A stretch of DNA of 62,574 nt, counting the filler, from Stramenopiles sp. TOSAG23-3 (taxonomy: Eukaryota), in the NCBI GenBank assembly GCA_900128585.1. It is 10 parts of 10 records of this genome, joined end to end, with 100 filler letters (N's around TTAATTAATTAA, not from the genome) between each part and the next. Parts side by side here need not be neighbours in the genome. Positions count along the whole stretch, not along the records: positions 32,284 to 42,895 come from LT642800.1; positions 42,996 to 53,602 come from LT642801.1; 8 more parts are not named here. One strand, given 5' to 3'. The position numbers and the translations under genes were made by a program. The first letter of the stretch is position 1. The number at the start of each line of letters is the position of its first letter. Shown here piece after piece: positions 34,603 to 43,173 of this stretch. The notes under the pieces were generated by a model. That model saw nothing but the letters and a program-made list of their open reading frames with translations. It was not told the DNA's origin and did not search any database.

Positions 34603-36160
34603 TTATTTTTTTTCATTGTCAGAATAGTTATCAGAATCGTTATCAGATTCGTTTTCGGAATCGTTATCAGTATCAGAACCATCATCTATCCAACATTTAC
34701 CTGGTATCCGTTTAGAAGGATTATAATGAGGCGATATAAATTTGTTAATTGTAAATTCTTTGAATGCATCAATCCACGCTAGTTCTTTTTTTTTTGCCGC
34801 TATCTCCTCATCTTTTATATTTTGGACACCGAGGTGCATTGTTGCCAATTTCCTTTCCTTGCAATACTCATTATATTCGCGACTCATTCGGTTTGTTTTT
34901 AAAAAATGACTGTCAAATTCACTTATGTCTATAAGAACCTTTTCTTCAAAGTTGTTTTGTAGGTATTCATCTAGCTCTTCGGGTTTCATTTCTACATCAC
35001 CTTTCTTTAATTTAAAATGATTTATAATAAATTCTGTGTTTCCGAGTGAGAGTTTCTTGCGTGGTTTTACAACTTTTTTTGTTATCGGAATTGTCCGAAT
35101 CAAGTATTCCCTCGCTGATTTTTTTAAAGTATAAAGAAAAATAGTTGTTTCGTTTTCAAACCATCTAATTGATTTTGCTTTATTAGCAAGTCTGTTTGAA
35201 ACTCCTTTTTTTTTTAATAGTTTGTATAGCGCCACTTTCCATGGTTCATGCAAATGCATTTTTTCAGGTCTATTATACCTATTCAGGTGAGCTAAAAAAG
35301 CGTTTGCCATAGAGTCTTCGTTGGCTTTTGGTTTATTTACGCCTCTATCAATTAAATAATCAACAAATGGTTCCAGTTTTTCTGGTTTTACAAAATGTGG
35401 TCTTTTGTTTTCTGTTTCTCCATATTCAAACCAGTTGATACTATCGATATTATCTTTTTCTTTATCAGGTAATTGCAAGTGTAACTGTGATAAAATATAC
35501 GCTTTATCGTCATCTTTTTTTGCATTAATTTCAGGAAGGTGACTTTTTTTTCCCAATTGGCGAAGATACGCACGATAATGAGGCACCCCTTTAACGCGAT
35601 AATACGGCGGCTTTTCCACCACCCTTTTATCATGTTCTTGGCTGTAATACCTATTTACGATAAAACTAACTGCATCGTCTGGTGGAATATATACACTTGA
35701 AAAAATGTCCAGTTTCACAAGCCGATCATATACAGTGTCAGACAATACTTTCTTTGCTTCTTTATAAAACAATTTTTGGAGCGACTCCTTAGTTTTATGC
35801 GTTTTTTTATACAACTCGTCATCACGATTAAAGTTTCTTAAATGCGCAAACATTGCATATACAAAAGCTTCATTATCATGCAATAAATTATTTTTTGGGC
35901 GTTTTCTGGCTTCTGTCTTTTCAATCCATTCCAATACAATTTTAATTTTTTTAAGCACAGCCTCTGTATCTGCCTCCTTTTGACTTCGCGTTACATTGTT
36001 TATTTTCAAAAAATAATCAATCTTTTCCTCAGTAAATACAACGTTAATTGGAGTAAGCAGTTGGATCAAAGCTTTACGGAACAGCGATAGATTAGAAGAA
36101 TTGAGTAAAAGAGCTTCCAATATGGATAGATTGATGTCTGGAATAATTTTTACGACATAA
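34603..36160 (-). CDS. Hypothetical ~520-aa protein with internal repeats; start codon unclear
   Basis: Long open frame with repeats AMFAHLRNFNR / AFLAHLNRYNR and SINWFE / SIRWFE. No in-frame ATG near the 5' end. Confidence 0.6.
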
Positions 36161-36181
36161 AATAATATGGTTTTATAGTAT

Positions 36182-37102
36182 ATGACGATCACAGAAAAAA
36201 GAATAGAGGGCTTGCAAAATAAAGTAATAAAACTAGTTCAAGCTCCTCCACGAAAAGTTCCTGAAAATCTGCCAACATTACACTTTTTAAACTTGATATG
36301 TGGTATGCGTGGTTCAGGCAAGACCAACACGATGGTAGGCTTAGTTCAGAAATACGACAAAACTAAGTCGTTTGATTTTATTTATATTTGGAGTCCTACC
36401 TGTAGAAGGGAACCAAAATATCAACATTTAATAGACACGCTAAAATATTCAAAAGTTGATTTGCGGGAGGATTTTACGATTGATGACTTTGTTCAAGTTA
36501 GGTCCGATATTGAATTAAGAATAGAAAAATACAAAAAGTATGAAAGAGATGTGAAAATTTGGAAAAGATTCTGCCAATACAAAGGGAAATGGGAGGACTT
36601 TGACAATGATGAACTACTTACAGTATTTGACGAATTTAATTACCAAAAGCCAGAAACTGAGTTTAAGAACGGGTGTCCCACCACGTTACTAATATTTGAC
36701 GACTTACAAAACAATAAAGATTTATTCGGAACGCTTGGAAAAGCTGCCCGAATTATGAATAACTTCACGGTCACGCATCGGCACTTTTTGACTAGCATAA
36801 TCTGGTCTTGTCAGGCATTTAAAGGTGGTGGTGTGCCTAAGAGCATCCGACAAAATATTAGTTGGTTGATATTGTTTTCAAACAAATCACCAGAGATTAG
36901 AAAGGAGATAGCGAAGGAAGTATGTGCAATAGTTTCACCAGATGAGTTCATTGAATGTTGGACGCACGCAACCAGGCAAAGCCGACATGACTACCTTTAC
37001 TTAGACCTAGAAGCCCCCGATGGTTTTCAAATTAGAAAGAATTTAGATATATTATTGACTGTAAAAAACTCTGATGAGAAAGAAAATAATGTAGATAAAT
37101 AG
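36182..37102 (+). CDS. A32-like (FtsK-HerA superfamily) genome-packaging ATPase
   Basis: Walker A GMRGSGKT, IYIWSPT, Walker B LLIFDD, HRH..SIIWSCQ, IRQN and HDYLYLD, as in Polinton/PLV/virophage ATPases. Confidence 0.9.
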   Translation: MTITEKRIEGLQNKVIKLVQAPPRKVPENLPTLHFLNLICGMRGSGKTNTMVGLVQKYDKTKSFDFIYIWSPTCRREPKYQHLIDTLKYSKVDLREDFTIDDFVQVRSDIELRIEKYKKYERDVKIWKRFCQYKGKWEDFDNDELLTVFDEFNYQKPETEFKNGCPTTLLIFDDLQNNKDLFGTLGKAARIMNNFTVTHRHFLTSIIWSCQAFKGGGVPKSIRQNISWLILFSNKSPEIRKEIAKEVCAIVSPDEFIECWTHATRQSRHDYLYLDLEAPDGFQIRKNLDILLTVKNSDEKENNVDK

Positions 37103-37163
37103 TATATGGTATGCACAAAATGCAATAATATAGAAAAAAGTAAAATATATTGTTATATTATAA

Positions 37164-38243
37164 ATGGCTACACAATTTAAAGTATTGGAACCACGCGCAT
37201 TAACAGAACATATATTTGGTGGCATGATATTATCTTTATTATCACCCTATGCTAATGACCCTAGATTACATACACATTTCTTAGACTTGAACCGAATACC
37301 AAAAACAACCATAACAGACACTGAATTTAACATAGTTCAACAACTTAATTTATTAGCCAATGGAGCCAATAGTTCTACTGGTGCTAAATTATTTAATATC
37401 GGTATAAATGCTGTAAATGAATTATATATTAAATTAAATGCTGAAGACCCTGTTTTAGGTGGTGGAAATCCACCAGCAATACTGGTAGATTCTCTTGGAA
37501 ATGTTTATATAAATGGTATTCAAATATCCAGTAGTCAATCAACAGGATTTTTATTTGAATTTAATACTAATGGAATTACCCAGTATAACAGAAACACCGC
37601 TAATCTCGGACCATTAGGACCAAATTACTGGACAGACCCAGCGACTGGCAACGAAAGATTTGATAATATTTTCTATGGCAGTCCTATCGGGTCATACGCT
37701 TGGAACGTTAAGACTATACCTTCAACCACACCATCATCACAGCTTATTTACAACAACAGTCCGATTCCTGGATCTTCAGCTCCTGGTTTTAGAACGTTTG
37801 CCTCAACAACTGACCAATTACCCGTTGATTGCGTAGTGTATGGTGAATTCTTTAACACCGTTCCACCTCCAAATGGAGCACTGATAAACAATATACCGCA
37901 TACTTTCAGCAACACTCCGATAACACTGGATTTCACAGCTGGCTATACCTTTACAGTTGGTATAATTAAACAAACTTATACAGGTGTATTTCCCACCCCA
38001 ATCATCAATGAATTAATTGCAAGTCAGGATATTCATGTTCCTTTTCGTGCCAATTACAACGGAACTGCCGTCAGTTTCTCCTGTAATTTTGCCTTTGAAA
38101 TGAGCGATAATGACGTTGCCACTGGAGCGCCTTGTTCGTATATACCATTCTTTAATCACAATGCTATTGAAGTCGGTCCTAACACTGCCGATTTAAGGTG
38201 GCGAGATGTGACCATAAGCTTCACCACTAAAGTAAATTTGTAA
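37164..38243 (+). CDS. Beta-rich putative virion structural protein (minor capsid/fibre-like)
   Basis: 359 aa, N/T/G/P-rich and K-poor unlike its neighbours; directly downstream of the packaging ATPase. Confidence 0.45.
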   Translation: MATQFKVLEPRALTEHIFGGMILSLLSPYANDPRLHTHFLDLNRIPKTTITDTEFNIVQQLNLLANGANSSTGAKLFNIGINAVNELYIKLNAEDPVLGGGNPPAILVDSLGNVYINGIQISSSQSTGFLFEFNTNGITQYNRNTANLGPLGPNYWTDPATGNERFDNIFYGSPIGSYAWNVKTIPSTTPSSQLIYNNSPIPGSSAPGFRTFASTTDQLPVDCVVYGEFFNTVPPPNGALINNIPHTFSNTPITLDFTAGYTFTVGIIKQTYTGVFPTPIINELIASQDIHVPFRANYNGTAVSFSCNFAFEMSDNDVATGAPCSYIPFFNHNAIEVGPNTADLRWRDVTISFTTKVNL

Positions 38244-38610
38244 AGTGTTTTTTAGCATTATTTAGTATAATAATAGTAATTAATACCATTATAATGCTAA
38301 TTATTGCTTAAAAAATATATTAACATATATTTTAAAAAAATACCATTTTTAGACTTTTTATACCCAATTACAGATATATTATATCCAAACCAACCGTATT
38401 TAAACTAAAAATAGTAAAAAAATGAAAAAAAACATAATTCCATTTTAAGCCTTTAAATAGTGTATAAATACATTATTATGTAGTATTTAAAGATAATCTT
38501 CCAAAAAACACCCTAAAATAGAAATAAATTGAAAAAAAAAATATTTTGGCATCTCGGCATTATTTCCGGTAGAAAAAATGATTGGAGGTGTCACTTCACA
38601 ACAACATTTT

Positions 38611-38777
38611 TTTTTGGTGTAGGCGTAGGCAGTGCATCCCCCTACACCTACACCAAAAATTTGGATAGTAAAAAGTTGAGTTTTGGTTGTAATGGTATTT
38701 CCATATAAAATAATTATCTAAGATAATGATATTTTTTTGGTGTAGGCGGCACTAACTACCTACACCTACACCAAAAA
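38611..38777. repeat. Twin hairpins TTTTTGGTGTAGG...CCTACACCAAAAA
   Basis: 38611-38659: 19-bp stem (1 mismatch), 11-nt loop. 38734-38777: 13-bp perfect stem. Both lie in the largest intergenic gap. Confidence 0.85.
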
Positions 38778-38922
38778 TAAAGATAATTATGCATAAAAAC
38801 CATGATTTATTGCAACATACAGATCCAGATACGATATTACATAACAGGACCGAAAAAACGAATCAAACCCGCACAAATCACAACACATTTGATTGTAACT
38901 TAAACATATTAGTGTTGTAAAA

Positions 38923-41900
38923 ATGGCATCCCTTGCACAAAACGACAAAGAAAGTTGGAGAGATATTTGGAAAGATCTAAAGACCAACAGACGCTACGAG
39001 CAGGATGTTGGTAAGGAGTGGAAAAGTCACTTTAAAGTTATAGCAAACCGAAAGGACATCAACGACGATGACAAATTTAATATATTTAGTCAAATTCAAC
39101 AACAATTGCACGAAGCTGAATGTTTTTCAGCAAATGAGCAAAAAAGAAAGTTTTTAAAAAAAACTAGAGACTTTCTTGAGCTAGAAGGCACGGACGGAGA
39201 AAAGCTTCTGAAGGAAACCAAGGACAAGATCTTGTTAAACTTAAATCAGTGTGAAAAAGCTTTAAAAAAGATGGGTTTATTGGTGGAAGATATACCAGAA
39301 ATAGCGTCAATGAAAGAAGACATATTGAGCGGGTATAAAAAAAAGACATTACCAAGAGGGAAAGCAGATGACCGTTACTCTACTATGACCGAATTGGAAA
39401 AAGAACTTGAACTGTTAAAAAAAAAATATAAAAACCAGCCAGAAAAAGTAGCAGAGATGCTAAAGATGTTTGATGAACTTATTACGGTAAATAACAATGT
39501 TGATTTTGATTGTGACGAAAAAAGCCCGCCCCCACAATTACCGCCAAGAAAGCCAACTGATGATATTGATGAAAAACTATCACCGTGGCAAAATATGAAC
39601 GGTTTTGACAGACACAAAACTTACATTGAAGATTATGCAAGGGAAAATGTTAGTCAGGACGCAAAGGAGTTTAAACTTAAAGTTCCTGAATGGATGCTGA
39701 AGCAGAAGGTCAATGGAATGAATTTTATTGATACAATTTGTTATTTTCATTCTACATGGCAATTTCGGGACCGTATATTTGCAAGATGTCAAAGGGGAGA
39801 GTGTCGGACCATTATTTTGGATCCTGATGTGTATGTAAATGGAAAACCAAGGTGTAGTAATCAAAAATGTCAATCTGGTTACAAAAAAAATCCATACAGA
39901 AAAAAAAATGATGACTTAATTGAATTTTTAACGAATGAGGATCCATCTATTTTTGATCCATTATCTATTGTTTCTGGTGAATTTAAAACAGACAGGTTTT
40001 TTTCCATTATTTCTATTGGAGAAACAATGAAAGGAAAGACATATTGTAGTTATTCATTGTTAAAAGACATACAAAAAAGCAAGCAAATGTTTCATACCAA
40101 TGACGTTCATGTTTTTAGTAAAATATCAAAAGGAAAAAAAAAAGAAAACTTTCCAGACGTTTTATCAAGAACTGGAGCTTATCAAAAAAATTTTCATAAA
40201 ACAAGGTTCTCCGAGTTAGATAAAATAGCAAAGAAGGCGGCAAAAAATAACGAAAATGGTGATGAGAAAAATACGTTAGTAGTTTTGGATGATGTCTCCA
40301 CTAGTTTTAAAAGATCTACAACAGCATTAGCAGACTTATTTACCGCAGGGCGTCATGATAATATATCTATTCTTGTGCATACACATGAGAGGTTTAAAGG
40401 TCCTAATGGACCGCTCATTAGAGCAAATGCCACACTGATAGTATTAGCACCTGGCAGCTTCAGAGGTTCCCAAGCGTCACAAATATCTGAAGATTTGATT
40501 GGAAAGCAATCAAAAAAAATAACAGATGCATTTATAGGCTATGTTAATAATATTTTAAGTTTAAGAACAAGGACATTTGCAATTATTGACCGTATTAAAT
40601 TGGGTGCATGCGATGGAGCTCATGTTCCATTTCATAAATTTGTTTTTTCCTACAAAGTTCCAAAAATGGAAAATCCAGCTGATGAATTGGCTGAACTGTT
40701 TGGAAAATATGATGACCAGCCAATGGAAGAAGAGGAAGAAGAAAGTAATGATGACAGTGACACGCCTTCTCCAAAACCCAAACCGAAGCCTAGACCGAAG
40801 CCTAGACCAAAACCTGCTCCTTATAGCAGGAAAAAAAAAGAAGAAGTAGAGGAAGAAGACGAAGACGTAAGAAAAGCACTACAAAAAGTAAAAGCCAGTA
40901 TTGAAGCTGGTAAAAGATCAAAAACATCATTTAAAGACATAAAGGGTTTAGATGATATCTGTAAATCTTTACAAAATTCTGTTAAAATGCGATTATTTCA
41001 ACCTGACCTATGCGATAGGACGGCTGGTGACGGGTTTTTACTGTATGGACCACCTGGCTGTGGCAAAACAATGGTAGCTGGTGCTCTAGCCCATCAATTT
41101 AAAGATGTTACTTTTTATAACGTATCAGCGGCGGATATTAATAGCAAATGGAAAGGCGAATCAGAAGGATTTGTAAAACAATTGTTTAAGCATGCAAGAA
41201 ACAAAACTTATAGTATCATATTTTTGGACGAATGCGAAGGTATATTTGGTGTAAGAAGTAAAGGTGGTGATGAACCAAATTTTGCTTTAACTCAGTTTTT
41301 ATCAGAGTGGTCAGGTGAGCAAAATGCAAATGTCCTAATTATTGCTGCCACCAATATTCCAGCAGAGATTGATGGTGCAATACTACGAAGATTTAATAAA
41401 GGTCATTATCATATACCATTACCAAACGATGAAGCAAGAAAGCATTTACTTTTACATTTATTTGGAAAAAAACAACACAATTTAACGGATAATAATTTTG
41501 CAGAATTAGTAACGAAAACAGAAGGATTCAATTGTTCAGATATTAAACAAATTGAGGTGGATGTTTTTGCAAATGCGGCAGAAAAGTTTTTTGAAGAAAG
41601 GGATATAAAAAGCAAAAGATACAAACCCAAAGATTTGCCACCTGTTGAGTATATAGACGTTGCAGAGTATATTGATAAAGAGTTTCAGTCAAAGGTAAAA
41701 AAAGAAAATGTTTTAATGTGCCAGCGATTTGCAAATCCAGATGAAATGTATGAGGATGTCACACCAAAAAAAGTATCACCAAAAAAAGTATCACCAAAAA
41801 AGGCATCTCCAAAAAAGTCGTCTCCAAAAAAGGCATCTCCAAAGAAAAAAAATGAAAAAAAAGCCTCAGCAATTCCCCAAAATTTACCAGAAGAAGCCAA

Positions 41901-42372
41901 AATGTGGAATGAAAAATTCTGGAGCGACAGTAAATTTAAAAAATACCACATGTTGGTAAAATTGGGTTGGGTTTGGCAGCAGGTTAAAATAAAAATGGGA
42001 GATAAGCCTGATTATGTAACTGAATCTGAAATTAACAGTATGTTAAAGCCAGATTTTTTAGCCAAACAAGAAGCTGAAGCTGAGGAGAGAAGACGGAGAC
42101 ACCAAAAGAGAAAGGAAGAGGAGAGGCGTAAAGGAAAAAAATCACCGAAAAAGAAAGAAATAAAAAAGTTGAAAGTAAGAAGTGTTAAAGCAAAAGGTGA
42201 TTTGTTTAGTGATCTTCGGGAAGCGAAAAATAGGTTAAAGAAAGAGAAGAAAAAATGCGGAGAGAAAGAGAAGAAAAAAGTTGGAAAAAAAGAGAAGAGT
42301 TTGAAGGAGATAATTAAAGAAAGGAGGGACGATATTGACCCAGAAGAGGACAATGGTGATTGGGAAGATTAA
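38923..42372 (+). CDS. Multidomain protein: Pro-rich + Cys cluster + A32-like ATPase + Vps4/katanin-type AAA+ ATPase + SPKK repeats + WCA-like tail
   Basis: GETMKGKT / VVLDD / GRHDNISI / IRAN; GPPGCGKT / SKWKGESE / IIFLDE / AATN / ILRRF; GDLFSDLREAKNRLKK; ends DNGDWED. Confidence 0.85.
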   Translation: MASLAQNDKESWRDIWKDLKTNRRYEQDVGKEWKSHFKVIANRKDINDDDKFNIFSQIQQQLHEAECFSANEQKRKFLKKTRDFLELEGTDGEKLLKETKDKILLNLNQCEKALKKMGLLVEDIPEIASMKEDILSGYKKKTLPRGKADDRYSTMTELEKELELLKKKYKNQPEKVAEMLKMFDELITVNNNVDFDCDEKSPPPQLPPRKPTDDIDEKLSPWQNMNGFDRHKTYIEDYARENVSQDAKEFKLKVPEWMLKQKVNGMNFIDTICYFHSTWQFRDRIFARCQRGECRTIILDPDVYVNGKPRCSNQKCQSGYKKNPYRKKNDDLIEFLTNEDPSIFDPLSIVSGEFKTDRFFSIISIGETMKGKTYCSYSLLKDIQKSKQMFHTNDVHVFSKISKGKKKENFPDVLSRTGAYQKNFHKTRFSELDKIAKKAAKNNENGDEKNTLVVLDDVSTSFKRSTTALADLFTAGRHDNISILVHTHERFKGPNGPLIRANATLIVLAPGSFRGSQASQISEDLIGKQSKKITDAFIGYVNNILSLRTRTFAIIDRIKLGACDGAHVPFHKFVFSYKVPKMENPADELAELFGKYDDQPMEEEEEESNDDSDTPSPKPKPKPRPKPRPKPAPYSRKKKEEVEEEDEDVRKALQKVKASIEAGKRSKTSFKDIKGLDDICKSLQNSVKMRLFQPDLCDRTAGDGFLLYGPPGCGKTMVAGALAHQFKDVTFYNVSAADINSKWKGESEGFVKQLFKHARNKTYSIIFLDECEGIFGVRSKGGDEPNFALTQFLSEWSGEQNANVLIIAATNIPAEIDGAILRRFNKGHYHIPLPNDEARKHLLLHLFGKKQHNLTDNNFAELVTKTEGFNCSDIKQIEVDVFANAAEKFFEERDIKSKRYKPKDLPPVEYIDVAEYIDKEFQSKVKKENVLMCQRFANPDEMYEDVTPKKVSPKKVSPKKASPKKSSPKKASPKKKNEKKASAIPQNLPEEAKMWNEKFWSDSKFKKYHMLVKLGWVWQQVKIKMGDKPDYVTESEINSMLKPDFLAKQEAEAEERRRRHQKRKEEERRKGKKSPKKKEIKKLKVRSVKAKGDLFSDLREAKNRLKKEKKKCGEKEKKKVGKKEKSLKEIIKERRDDIDPEEDNGDWED

Positions 42373-42396
42373 TTATGTTACTATATATTATACATT

Positions 42397-42714
42397 ATGC
42401 CGAAGACAGATAAGACTATTGCTGGCATTCCAAGCGCTGATTACTACCTAATTTACAGGTTAATCACAGCTGGCTTTGCTCATGTATTGAAACGAAAAAA
42501 CGATCCATCATATGTTCCTCCATCTAAAATATGTAACATATCTTACCAACAAATGGAAAATATTTACAACTCATTGCATAAGAATTATCCTCACCTATTT
42601 GATAAAACAGGTGCGATTAAAAGAAAAAAAAGTAATGTGGAAGAACTTGAGAGTGAGAGAAAAAAGAAGGAAATTACTTATGAAACAAACAAATTTGTCC
42701 TGAATTTTGACTAG
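42397..42714 (+). CDS. Hypothetical 105-aa protein
   Basis: ATG after TATATTATACATT; ends with a hydrophobic FVLNFD; overlaps the convergent ORF. Confidence 0.6.
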   Translation: MPKTDKTIAGIPSADYYLIYRLITAGFAHVLKRKNDPSYVPPSKICNISYQQMENIYNSLHKNYPHLFDKTGAIKRKKSNVEELESERKKKEITYETNKFVLNFD

Positions 42715-42895
42715 CTTTTTTAGCTTTTACTTTTTCACGATACCGTTTATTTATTTCAGCTATTTTCTTTTTACCTTTTTCTGATGCTTTGTATTTTTTA
42801 GCTGCTTTTTTTCTGGCTTCTTTACCCTTGTCACTTTGCGTGTATTGTTTGACTGTATCTTTGCGCCTTTGATTGGCGACGGCATGTATCAACAA
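42674..42895 (-). CDS. 3' part of the junction-spanning basic protein
   Basis: YTQSDKGKEARKKAAKKYKASEKGKKK; continues the 32416 ORF. Confidence 0.8.
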   Translation of the reverse strand: MLIHAVANQRRKDTVKQYTQSDKGKEARKKAAKKYKASEKGKKKIAEINKRYREKVKAKKASQNSGQICLFHK

Positions 42896-43173
42896 NNNNN
42901 NNNNNNNNNNNNNNNNNNNNNNNNNNNNNNNNNNNNNNNTTAATTAATTAANNNNNNNNNNNNNNNNNNNNNNNNNNNNNNNNNNNNNNNNNNNNTTGAA
43001 CAGGTGTCTACAATCGCATTTTACTTAAAGAAAAACAACGACGGTCGTGTTTCTTATTTTTGAAGAGCGATGGTAACATTAATATAGGAATAGCATCACT
43101 CGAACATTAGTCGTATTTATTTTATATAATTCTATTTTTTTTTTCTATTCAGTTCGTACTGCTATATTTTTCT

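Larger units (their letters stand above)
32284..42895. mobile_element. Putative circular 10,533-bp virus-like/plasmid-like element (Polinton-like-virus/virophage-type ATPases)
   Basis: Exact 79-bp terminal direct repeat (32284-32362 = 42817-42895), ORF continuous across the junction, AT-rich and gene-dense with no evident introns, two A32-like ATPases. Confidence 0.8.
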
